A stretch of 64,000 bases of DNA from Balanoglossus misakiensis (taxonomy: Eukaryota; Animalia; Hemichordata): positions 6,727,579 to 6,791,578 of the forward strand of contig CM082593.2 of the NCBI GenBank assembly GCA_040954595.2. Reading direction: 5' to 3'. This document shows positions 1 through 11,878 of the stretch, one piece after another; the stretch's first letter is position 1; every line of letters begins with the position of its first letter. The notes under the pieces are model-generated. The model saw only the letters and a list, made by a program, of their open reading frames with translations. It searched no databases and had not been told where the DNA came from. The position numbers and the translations under genes were made by a program.

Positions 1-752
1 CTTTCGTCATTTTTGTCTCCTGTTTAAAGTTATTCACGGTTTTCAATATTGAGATATGACACTGTGAGTGTTAGGACCTTTTATTAAACACTTCGCATCA
101 GGAGACGTTTCGCTTGATGTCACAAAGACATGATGTTTCATAAAAATTGAATAAAATCATCGTGTATTTGCTGTGAAGAGTATCATGCTACATGCAAGAT
201 GAGAAAAGTCCTCCAGCAACAAAAAAATATATATGTGAGCGTAACTAACAGAGAACATTAGTGTTGTAAGATAAAAATGAGTGAAAAAGATATGGAGATG
301 ACAATATTGCCCCAGGTACATTTACATGTACAATAAATATGTAATACAATACTAGTAGTACAGGATTCCATGACCTGTGCATCCCCATTTCTGAGTAAAA
401 TGAACCCAACTTTCCCCATAGGAGTATAACTTATAAGGATACCCACTGAGTGAAACCACAGTTCAGTTATCAGTGAGGTGAAAGTGGGCCGTATGCCCTG
501 TTATCTAGCATATATATTACATTTGTACTTACTATGACTCATAATATCATTACTTAGGCGAAAATAAGACTGGAATCTTAATAATATTGCTCGTTGTCTC
601 CAGGTACCCTGTTGGACGCATTTGCACTCAACCTAATTTTTGCTCAAACCAATGATAGTGACATTAAAATATTATTACAGAACAAAAAGGGCATTGATTT
701 AAAATTGTGCAATCATCAAAATGTGTTGTGTTCAGTTTTTGCCTTGTATCAG

Positions 753-755
<3 letters not shown>

Positions 756-801
<46 letters not shown>
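756..801. repeat. (TG)23 microsatellite
   Basis: Uninterrupted TG dinucleotide run; explains the CVCV ORFs 594..854 and 707..898. Confidence 0.97.
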
Positions 802-802
<1 letters not shown>

Positions 803-846
803 ATGTCTGTTAATGTTATGTGTTGTGGATATGGTTGTCAAAGATA

Positions 847-908
847 TCTCATGAATATGCAAACCACTTCTCATGAATATGCAAATCACTTCTCATGAAT
901 AGGCAAAT
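847..908 (+). repeat. 22-bp tandem repeat (~3 copies) containing CTCATGAATATGCAAAT
   Basis: Units tctcatgaatatgcaaaccact / tctcatgaatatgcaaatcact / tctcatgaataggcaaat. Confidence 0.9.
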
Positions 909-1430
909 TACCATACCTTGTTTCAAGATATTCACTCGAGAATGAACATTGATGAGTCATGATGAGGTATTTAAGGTAAACAAAATAGAGAGTAGAGAGA
1001 GCACCATTGTTATGGTGAAAGACAAAGCGTCCAGGGATTTGAATAATTCTGGTGATGCAATATAACAGTGGAAACAAATATTATGAAGTTTGTCTGAGAC
1101 CTGTGGTACAGTCAGCAACAAACAAGAAATAAATGTGACAGAATACCGAATCACCGGGCATCTAAACATTATTCAGCAAGTTGATCCATAAGTTGTTACT
1201 CTTCAAGAAAATAAAAACCAAGAAGGATCATTACCCCATTACCCATGTCATCCCCATCTGCTTGTACATGGATCCAACCATGTCATTGAAACCAACAGGA
1301 CTGATCCAAGTTGTGGTTCAGAGAGGTTTAATTTTCTGTCAAATTTTATATTATTCCCTTTCAACTTGACTAAAGAAAAAAGCTGAGTGATACCTTGCAT
1401 ATGTAACCAAGTCTCAGGGTGCAAAAATAA

Positions 1431-1835
<405 letters not shown>

Positions 1836-2786
1836 TGATGTTTGTGCCAGACATAAAGAAGTTTAAAAATCAAATATTTGCTCAATGCCCATCTGCGAAC
1901 AGTTTAATGTAAAACAGGGAGTTGTTTGCAGGAAAAGTCTGTGCTTTGCCTATCCGATGGGGTGTGTGCTAGGCTTGGTAGGAGAATTCCTGGTGTTGTT
2001 AGTGTGATTTGCACATTTTACAGTTCAAAATATTAATTTTTGCATATCATATGTTTAGTCAACAAAGTATTTTCAAGATGGCATCTCACTATTTGTGAAA
2101 GTTCCCAGAATATGTAAAATGAATAAAATTGGTTAATTTTAAAACCATATGTTTAGAAAAGGAAAAGTTTACCTGTGTTAAAGTCAGGTGTATTTGGACG
2201 TGCACATATACATGTAATTGTACGTTTTTACTGCTGAGACAATTCGTCAACCCAGTGTGTGTTCTGTAATTTACTATCGCATACACAAATCTTGTCCCTA
2301 TTTGCTTTTCTGTGTCCATTTAAGACGACAAGTGAATCATTAGCGTGTGTGCTTTACCCCCATTGCTATTGAAGTTGTTGAGATAATTTATGAACCACTA
2401 AGAGAACTAGGTCTGTGTGGAGAACCTTTTAAATTGTACTTTCAGGAGACCACCCTGTGGTTTTATACAATCAAGTCTAGAAATCTACTCTCGCACATCA
2501 ATTCTCCCCAAATTTCAAATAAAGAGTGAGATATTAGCTCTTGTTTAAGCTCATAATGTCTCTAAGTACAAGTCAATGAGTTTTTTCTAGGGTTCTTTAT
2601 GAAGGCTGTATTGTCACGTTCAATTTCAGCTGAGTTGAAATACATCCAATTTTAATTTAAAAGTTGATGTGGCATTATTGCTTTACAGTTGATGAGCCAG
2701 TAATACGCAGTGTGAAATCGTACGTGTTTGTAGTGAAATCCTGAATGCAGAACTTTGGTGAGATACAAAAAGTGCAATATACATGA

Positions 2787-2984
<198 letters not shown>

Positions 2985-3766
2985 TGAGATACCCATGTAC
3001 ACCCCTGTTTTGTGTAATGGTACGACTCGTTTGTTTCCTAGCATTTGGTAGTTGAGATTTCGTAAGTGCATTGTGTTGTATTGTATCATACAATACAGTA
3101 GCGTGTTATAGAATGTTTTTAAGTCATCGCTGGACAACAGTACTATGCAATTAATTGCCCCAGGGGTTCATTATTAGCTAAAAGGAGCACATAAAACACT
3201 GGTATTGCTTTGATTTGATCCACTTGACCTCTGACCTGTGACCCTGTACTCGGAACTCTGGCCGGTCTATTTATGGGACAAATTGGATTGTATTTTACCT
3301 GTTACGAAAGGTGGTCAACGGGAAAATATACATGATCCAGTTTTTATGATGATTGCTCTTACAGTACAAATTAAATGTTCTTTTCAGATTAGCTGACTCT
3401 GAGGTATTAATGGGTTGACACAATGTTAGCTACATGTATAATCGCACTACTGTTTGTGAATCCTATATTACTGTATTGTATGTAGCATGGTTTAGACTTT
3501 GATGTTGTTTTAATATGTAATTTGTACGCTACCGCAATGTGAAAAGACTAGCACTAGGGTTAGCCAAGACCTGATACAGGTTGAATTTTACTTCTGACCT
3601 GTACTGTGCTTTAAACTAATCAGTGAATTTGAAGAGAATGTAAAAAGCAAAATGAGAAATTGGAAAATTAATCACCGTTCCCTCCCCCAGGATCAAGGAC
3701 AGCGTTCGCTGAGTAATGAACACGTACATGTGCAAATTAGGTCTTGGAAAATTAACGAGTAATTAA

Positions 3767-3916
<150 letters not shown>

Positions 3917-4496
3917 TAGTCACCGTTGTAGCTGCTTGTGTTCATTTCCTAATTTTTGTAACTGGTATGAAATGAAAGTGAACCTTCCTCACTTGAAAAT
4001 CCCCCTACCGGTACTTAAACCTGAAAAGAAACATTAACTTGCCCAAGGTTGACAAAGTTCTCCAGCAATATACTTGTTTTCAGAAAAATAATACTTGAAA
4101 GAGAATTAAAAGCAGAATATTTTCAAAAATACGAGTCAAAATTTAAAGTAAATTGAAGTAAATATTTGTTCAACTTCGGCAATTTTTGTCAACACTGAAA
4201 ACGCCCACTCTGCTGTAATTTGAAAGGAATGGAAGCAAAATGGATGATAATTTCGTGAGAATCAGAAATTTCTGCTGGCGGTTATTTAAAATCTGTTTCT
4301 TCTGAAACTATGACACTTGCCCTGAAAGGTTCTGAAACGCTCCAGCTGTCATGGTAAATAGCTTTATCTGAAATGCAGAATGCGATATTGGTTGAGCCAT
4401 CATTAAATATTTATGTAATCGTGTGTTCTCAATTATTAATGTATTGAGATGGAGCAGGTAGGCGAGAACTTTTTCTAATGGCGTTCGGGCCGCGGC

Positions 4497-4510
4497 GTTG
4501 TCATAGCAAC
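4497..4510. promoter_or_regulatory. RFX X-box-like site in a CDKL intron
   Basis: GTTGTCATAGCAAC next to a small CpG-rich patch; two mismatches to the palindrome GTTGCCATGGCAAC. Confidence 0.45.
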
Positions 4511-5142
4511 AGACCCATGTGCAAATATTACAGGCTGTCATTTGAAATTGTTGAAATGTAGATAGGCATGTCGTTGCGGCAGTCACTTGAAATTGTCCAA
4601 ACAGGAGAAAGTGGCATTACCATGGTGATGAGTGATTTTTGTGGCGTCTCAGAGATTGGAAATACATGTAGGAGCCCTGTTCAGTCGTCTGATACATTTA
4701 GAAGTGTTTACCAACCATTTCTTGATAATAAACTTGAAATTTATGGGACGGAGTTTACCTATCCTTGAAAAACAACCGTGGAATTGTTAGATTTATGGGA
4801 GGGAATGTAATTTGCTGACTGGTCAAATTGAAAGGAGTTGCATGGCTGTCTGCAAATTGCAAGGGTGTGAAAAAAACAAAGACCTGTGCCGTGAACCTCG
4901 TCCAATCTTGAGTTCAATTCCGTACAGTAATTGTAATGGAGTGTTTTTCATTTCCTGCAAATCAGCCTGCATGGTGTGGCTTTGCAAGGTCAGAATAACC
5001 TGCATATCGTGAAATTAATTTAAAGATATTCAGTCACCAGACCTAATATGATAATTTAGTCAATTGGAAAGTTCTAGCCAATCATAGCCTTTCACTTGGG
5101 TAGCCACAGGAAGTGCCTCATGTTACATGATCAGTAGAATAC

Positions 5143-5235
5143 TTAACCCTTTCACCACCATGGTTCAGTCCAAACCCATTGTTTTCTATGGTGGGGTTGG
5201 ACCTCTAAAGAGGGAACTGGGGGTGAAAGGGTTAG
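5143..5235. mobile_element. ~93-bp piggyBac-like MITE, family 1 copy 1
   Basis: TTAA-CCCTTTCACC...GGTGAAAGGG-TTAG; internal sequence shared with copies at 9488, 25381 and 45796. Confidence 0.8.
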
Positions 5236-5294
5236 GACTGCCCTTTTAACATTGATATCAAAAATTGACTAATTCTTTCTTTTGCTGTCTACAG

Positions 5295-5434
5295 GTAATT
5301 TGATACCAAAACACAGAGAGATCTTTCACAAAAATCCTCTGTTTGTTGGCATGAGACTACCAGAGGTGAGGCAGTTAGAACCACTCGAAAAAAGACTTCC
5401 CAAAGTGTCAGCTGAAGCTCTAGCCCACATGAAA
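5295..5434 (+). CDS. CDKL2: CDKL2/3-like kinase exon (GNLIPKHREIFHKNPLFVGMRLPEV...AHMK)
   Basis: CDKL-type CMGC insert; acag|GT and AAA|gtaagt; 140 nt. Confidence 0.95.
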
Positions 5435-5950
5435 GTAAGTTGAGTTCTTTTTCTTTTCTGACAAACTTACTCTCTTCCATAGTAATATATGCTGTTGGAT
5501 CGTACAATAAAATACATGTACAATTTGAATGACATATTGTGAAACATTTCAGGGGATATGGGACTTGTTTGAGTTTGTGAGGTTGTGTGTTGTCTGATGA
5601 CCAAATATTATTCTTAATGTCTGAGGCAAAGAACTCCTCAAAGGCTGAAATCATGCATGCCTGCAGTACAGTGTATTTCCAATGTTTCGTATGATATTAA
5701 CCCTTTCAAGCCTGGCTTTCTGGGAACATATCCGAATTTCTCCTATATATAGGATATCCGGCCAGAAAGGGATGCATACCAACTTAGAATACTGCCCTCT
5801 ATATCCCATGTTAAAAGAGCGTTTGTTTGCTATTGCTCTCGTCGTAAACTACAGTACTGGTCCACGTGCAAACAAGGGTGCAAATACAAGTTTATAAACA
5901 CCTTCAAAGATTTTTTTCTAACTTTGTACATTTTTGTTTTGTTTTTCTAG

Positions 5951-6154
5951 TATTGTTTACTTCTAGATCCCACAGACAGGCCCAACTGTGGACAGCTACT
6001 CAAACACGAATTTTTCAGGAAAAACGGATTTTCTGAGAAATTCCCCTCAGAACTCCGAGCAAAAATACAAAAAGAAATGATTGAAAATCCATTGCTACGG
6101 CAACCAAGTGGCCATAATAGTGCAGAAGAAAAGAAAAAATCAAAGAAAAAGAAG
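5951..6154 (+). CDS. CDKL2: CDKL2/3-like kinase exon (YCLLLDPTDRPNCGQLLKHEFF...KKSKKKK)
   Basis: Subdomain XI (DPxxR) followed by a C-terminal helix and basic tract; ctag|TAT and AAG|gtaaga; 204 nt. Confidence 0.94.
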
Positions 6155-7178
6155 GTAAGAATAATTTAAAATTTAAAACATTTTCAAAGAGTTGTTTCAT
6201 GAGTACCATAGATTTCATGTGATTTTACAATATTTTCTAATTCTCAGTTTTGGTATTTTTAGACAACAATGGGGGAATAGCCATATCTAATGTAAAACTT
6301 ATGAAAGATTTATCTTCATTATTGCCTTGTTGAGCACTTTCTACAAGACATTACACAATTTAGCTTTGTTGTGACAACAGGAAAATGCCAAACAAAAGAG
6401 CCAGTGGTGTTTCTAAACCACAGTGTCTCCTTCAGACGTTTAGCCACATTGAGTAAATTTGTCTTGAGATTCCAGAGAGAATTGAAATGTCGTCTTCAGA
6501 CACGGAGACAGAGAAAACCGTCTTTGTTCCTTATCAATGGCCTTCAGCATCTTGGTTTTCAGCATCTTGAAGAACACGACAACTGCTTTTTGGCAAATTT
6601 CCCACACCACAGCAGGTGCAAGAATCTTCTTTGTGATACCATCTGGTGACGAAAGTGATGATCCTGAAAAAGACTTGTTTTGATGTCTTTCAATGTCCAA
6701 CTCAAAATGAATAATACAATTAATGTGTTCATGGCTGAAATTTACAACATGAGAGATTTTAATTTCATGTAGGAAAAAAAATGAAAAAAATAATTTCCTT
6801 GCTTGTATGACATAAACACATATCAAACTCTTCGAACTTAAAATTTTACACTCCTAATTGTTGACAGAACAGACTCTAGATCCTTTAACATGGAGAAGTT
6901 TGTCTAGATACGGATATGCTCCTATTGCGAAGAGGATCACCCTTTGAACTTCTGGACCTGTCCATAAAACTTCAGACAATTCTGAAAGTAGTCAATAGAT
7001 AACAAAAGAAAAATCGCCAAGTTGGTCAAAGCATAAATTGTAGTTAACTGTTAAATCCTTCTGTAATAATGGAGACAATGGTGATTTTATCATCCTCTTG
7101 ATGGGAGGTTATCTGTGGCGTCTTTTGATTTTGGCTGTTAATACGCGGTTATAAAAACCGGATGGTGTCTATCCTCAG

Positions 7179-7385
7179 GAACACAAGGAGACCCAAGACA
7201 GTCGGGCGGAAAAACAAGACAAGGCGGAGAAGCAGGAGAAAGCGGAGAAGCTGGAAAGACTGGAGAAGATGGAAAAGGCAAAGAAGAAGCTCCCGGATCC
7301 GGAGAAGAAACGGAATATCTCTCCCGCGGCGGCGGAGAACGACAGCACGGCCGCAAACAGTATCAGTACGACTAATAAATCGAAG
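7179..7385 (+). CDS. CDKL2: CDKL C-terminal tail exon (EHKETQDSRAEKQDKAEKQEK...NKSK)
   Basis: ctcag|GAA and AAG|gtaagc; 207 nt, open, phase 0-0, GC-richer than flanks. Confidence 0.88.
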
Positions 7386-8753
7386 GTAAGCATGAGGTTG
7401 ACCTGCTGTTGTTTAAACTACTTGGCACCTCCAGTGCTCGGTTTACCGACACCCGACGACTGAATAGTCAGATTTTATTCGTATGCATCAGAGCCTCAGC
7501 AACTGATTGAGCCCACAAGCGTTCCTCTCAGTTTTGTGACTACCCAGGGACCGAAAACAGTTGACGGGATTAACCCTCGTAATTACGCACACACTACCCA
7601 TGTGGCATGTGACTGTGGTAGGGCCTGGTCTTGAGAGAGTTAATAACGGGACCTGAGCTGATCATTGGGTTGTTAGCAGAGTGTGCTTTTCAGAGAGAGA
7701 GAAGAAAGACGTGATTAGTGAACTGCCAAGATGTGCTTTTAGCGTAACAAAAACAATGAAAGGACAATGATTAGGGTCTTTATTTGCTCAGGAGTTTGCG
7801 TCACAGGTGAGGCAAGGGGGACTTGGCTGCTTTGTTTAAAATAAAATCAGGGAAAATATTTTGCATTTTGTAGAAATCCCAAGTGATTAAAAAAGCTGAG
7901 TTAAAGAGAAACTGTCAAATTTCAGCGCTAATGATGTTGAGATTCTTGAAAACATGGACAACTTGCGGCTTGCTTGTGTTATTTGCTCATGCTGATCTGC
8001 TTACGTTTTGTTGGACATGTTGAGACCTGAGTGACGTGCCTTTGTCTGCCGTCACAATCGCCCTGAAGACAATATCTAACTAAGGATTGTTTTTTTTCGC
8101 ATTGCTGTGTTATGTTCCTTCCACCCATGTGAAGTACAGTACGCTGTTTTAACTGAAAAAAAAACATACAAACACAGAATACATCTGCATAGTAGTGGCA
8201 CTTTACAATTTATCGTAATCGCAAAATTTGACACAGTGTCCCCTTCTACTATGGAAGGACTCTCAGCAATGCAGTGATTCAGTCGACCTTTGATGTTTTA
8301 CAAGAGCTGTAGCAAGGACAATGTCATGAATTCAAGTTGTCATTTAGCTGTGTCTTTTATCCACATGGCCATTTCCTTGACTGCATTTGTTGGATGTTGT
8401 TGTTACGTGCCTGTGCATCCAGCCTATAAATTGACGAAGAAAATGTTAAGACTTAAATAGTACGATTAAATTGTTATTTTTCTTCCTTTCACATACATGT
8501 ATATATTTGGAACTTATACGATCTTATATTTTCCTGGTAATTTAGGCTACTTTATACTTCTTTATAGCTGTATATATTTTTATGTTCTTATTTTCTGCTG
8601 ACAACCTGGGACCAATTAATAAAAAATAAGTTATGATATACTTTGTCAGAAGTTTTAGAAATTTGCATAAACCCAGCTAGCGCTGGTATGTTAGGTCATA
8701 GGGCAAAGGTTAAAGTAATACATGACCTTTTATATCTGTCTATTTTCTTGCAG

Positions 8754-9004
8754 CAGTCCATCATTGAGACCACCCCGAGGATAACGGGCAGTACTAGCAG
8801 GACGAGCGTGGAACACCACAGCGGCTCCAACAAATCCCCCATCCCACCTTTACACACACCTAGGGGGTCATCACCCATTCCACCCATCAATCAGAGCAGG
8901 ACATCCAATCACACGACTCACGGCGCCTCCAGTCCCCATAACCACGCCATCATTACTAACCTGAGTATGACGGGCACCTTCGCCCCCGATCAAGGTTTAC
9001 TAAG
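8754..9004 (+). CDS. CDKL2: CDKL C-terminal tail exon (QSIIETTPR...DQGLL)
   Basis: Polypyrimidine tract with cagcag acceptor; AG|gtgaga donor; phase 0-2; S/P/H-rich. Confidence 0.85.
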
Positions 9005-9487
9005 GTGAGATTTTGAGTTCTCCTTTGTGGGGCGGGTGCACGCTCCTGAATGTCGATCGCAACTGTGCTTGAATCCCGCTGCACTGGCTGTTGCGTATGT
9101 CTCACTCTTGTAAGTATGTTGTCACTGTCTCTTGTCGCTCTGTCGTCACTCGTACCGTCGCAAACTCCAGCAGTTGTCTTGCTGCTAGAACTATTAACTG
9201 TCAGCTCTCTCACGTTCCAATGGTTGTCACAGTCACTGCTGTTAGTCGCCGTGATCACAAACCCGGTATTGTAACGTTTTGTTGTCGTACCAAATGGCGC
9301 ATCATTGAAAGTTTACATGCACATGTCGATAGCTCTGTCTAGGCATGTCAGACACTTCCTTGATTATTAACTCAGCCTCACCCGGAGCTTGGGCTTGCAT
9401 GAAGATGCGGTGTTGCTGCCTTTGTCATTGGGATCACTTTAGAAAAAATTACCCCAAAATGCTAAATTCACAATCAGAGCACCACTG

Positions 9488-9580
9488 ATAACCCTTCCAC
9501 CACAATGGTTCAGTCCAAATCCATTGTTTTCTATGGTAAAGTTGGACTGCTATGAAGGGAACTAGGGGTGGAAGGGTAAA
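9488..9580. mobile_element. ~93-bp piggyBac-like MITE, family 1 copy 2
   Basis: ATAA-CCCTTCCACC...GGTGGAAGGG-TAAA with core ccattgttttctatggtaaagttggac. Confidence 0.78.
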
Positions 9581-9768
9581 ATAAAACCTGCTTTTGAACT
9601 TTGCAAACAAATAATAACAATGACCAAGTAGTGTTAAAAATCACCCTTTACCCCCGAGATCGTAAAATTCCCAGATATATTTAAAACCCAGCACACACTC
9701 CTGGTAATGATACCAGCACAAGCACTGTGACTGCTGCTAGAAAGAAATTTAAAATTTCATTTTTCCAG

Positions 9769-10028
9769 CAGAGGCTCCGATAAAGGCAAGAAGAACCCGA
9801 ACAACTCGTACTACAAGAAACCGGCTCAGCCGCCACCTCCAAACCACCACAGCACTTCAATCAACCCCACGGGGACCATCCAGTCGGAGAAGAGCTCCCT
9901 CTACGAGAAGACGGCGCAGTTCGATAAGATGATCAACGCTAATCTGAAGAAGAAGGGCTCCAAGTCGGACAGTCAGGTGAACTCGCAGGAGAAGGTGATG
10001 CACCTCCCGAATCTCAAAGGTGCAGAGA
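9769..10028 (+). CDS. CDKL2: CDKL C-terminal tail exon (RGSDKGKKNPNNSYYKK...LPNLKGAE)
   Basis: ttttccagcag acceptor and A|gtgagt donor; 260 nt open frame; phase 2-1 fits neighbours. Not in the ORF track. Confidence 0.87.
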
Positions 10029-10084
10029 GTGAGTACAGTGGTCTTGAGTCTTGGAAAAAATTTATGAAGTTGTAGCTATTCTGT

Positions 10085-10089
<5 letters not shown>

Positions 10090-10127
<38 letters not shown>
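10090..10127. repeat. (TG)19 microsatellite
   Basis: TG run followed by catgcatgtgcatgcatg. Confidence 0.95.
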
Positions 10128-10128
<1 letters not shown>

Positions 10129-10487
10129 ATGCATGTGCATGCATGCCAGTGTGCCCTCTAAGCCCATAGGATGCGCCACTGACTTTAGCAAACTAACTGG
10201 TGACTCAAGAAAGTTATCCACACTACATGTATAGGGCTGTCTCAGAGAAATTTCTAGAAATCTTCAAATTGATTTAAAGCTTTTAAAACTTAATTTTGTT
10301 AGAGGGTACACTGGTGCATGCGTGTATGTGTGTGTTGTAGAGGAACTGATGTCTGTCCTATACATAAGACGCAAACAGTGTTACATTCTTTTGAAACGAA
10401 TAGAAATACTAGAATTTTTAAAGGACATGCAGAGGTCACGGGACTCTCCATTTTGCTGTGATTATCATCCTCCATGTCTGTTCACAG

Positions 10488-10642
10488 GCAAACCGATTAC
10501 GGAGAAGAAACAGAAGAAGAAAGCGTACGTGTCGACCATGCCGCACATTGCAAACATTGATCCGTTTCAGAACAGCACACCGGACGGCATGGCAACGCCG
10601 GAGAACAGATCATCACACGAGTCGAACCTCCCGCTTGTATGA
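10488..10642 (+). CDS. CDKL2: CDKL terminal coding exon (KPITEKKQKKK...ESNLPLV*)
   Basis: ttcacag|GC acceptor, phase 1; stop TGA at 10640-10642. The nine exons total 1704 nt (567 aa plus stop). Confidence 0.87.
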
Positions 10643-11156
10643 CACAGAAAAAGACAGTGCTACATACACTGGATTTCATCTTGCCAGAGACTCTCCGGAA
10701 CCTGTTCTCACACCTATGCAAATTTGAGTACACTGTGTACAGGATTGACTTGCGTTGCCTGGTCTTCCAAAAATACTCCGTCCACCAGTCGCTGTAAAAC
10801 CGCCCAACCTTTAACGCTGTGATTTTTTATATAATACAGCGCTGAAAAAACGATTACCTGATTTGTAAATAGAGATTAATTTAGTTAGGACTTGTGTGTG
10901 ATTTCAGTTAAACTGTGTGAAATAAAATTGTGACTTTTTTGAAGCTTTAAAAAAATTTATCCAATAAGTTATTAATTCTGTAACCACTGGAAACAAGACT
11001 GACGTGAATTTGAAGTGATAAGTGATGCAGGACATTATATGATATTTGATAAAAAGGAAGTGATTATAGAAAGATGGAATGTCTTCCCCTATTATACTCT
11101 ATTTCATTAGTTTACCCTATTAGTTGGAACTCCCCTGCACTCTGTAGATTATAGCA

Positions 11157-11302
11157 CCCCTATCTTCCTAGCAGATACCATTGGTTGATACTTCCCCTAT
11201 CTTCCTAACAGAAACCATTGGTTGGAAGTTCCCCTATCTTCCTAACAGAAACCATTGGTTGAAAGTTCCCCTATCTTCCTAATAGATACCACTGGTTCAG
11301 AT
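11157..11302 (+). repeat. 37-bp minisatellite, 4 copies, downstream of the CDKL stop
   Basis: Unit cccctatcttcctaacagaaaccattggttggaagtt, head-to-tail with no spacers. Confidence 0.92.
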
Positions 11303-11767
11303 CCCCATTTCATCCATTGAGATTGCATTGATAATATGCCTCTATTCTTTTTACTAATACTCGCCTGAGCTGGGTGGCTATGATTTGTGAAGAATTCCTG
11401 ATAACTATTAGGAAAAAATGGCTTTCGGTCGAAAAGATTGGAAAAAAAATCTTGCAATATTGAAAAGGCTGAACCGCACACTGCCGAGTAGTTTAGCTTG
11501 TGGTGCCGTTTGTGACTTTTGACCTGCAAGGTCACACTTCTCGAGAAATGCCAGGATGTGTGACCCACAGGTCAATGAGGACATGAATACGAAGTTAAGG
11601 CAAAACACCAATGCGCTGTCAAACAGAAGGAAGGGCAGGAATTTTAATTGTTTCTCCTGAAGAACTGTTAACTGAAAATGTCTTGTTTCCATGGTTACTG
11701 AAAAATAGTGTGTTTTTGTTTTTATTTTCTGTTAAAATGTGTGCAATTGTTAACAACTCAAGAGTGC

Positions 11768-11878
11768 TAAACCTTACCACCCCTCAGCATTCTGGTATTT
11801 TGAGTACAGCCCATGGAATGTAATTTGAACAGTGGAATGGCATGGTCCATTATTCAGGTTGTAGGGGTGTAAGGTTGA
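11768..11878. mobile_element. Degenerate short MITE-like element
   Basis: AACCTTAC(C)ACCCCT...AGGGGTGTAAGGTT imperfect terminal inverted repeats. Confidence 0.5.

Noticed and set aside
594-898. ORFs with CVCVCV runs
   Set aside because: Translation of the (TG)23 microsatellite.
6371-6826. Overlapping 92-aa and 128-aa ORFs in a CDKL intron
   Set aside because: No recognisable domain; not needed for a phase-consistent CDKL model.
9050-9274. Hydrophobic Leu/Ser/Val-rich 74-aa ORF
   Set aside because: Arises from a gtc/tgtc-rich low-complexity intronic tract; no supporting gene structure.
11157-11302. 37-bp repeats of CRISPR-like length
   Set aside because: Contiguous units with no unique spacers, no cas genes, eukaryotic context.
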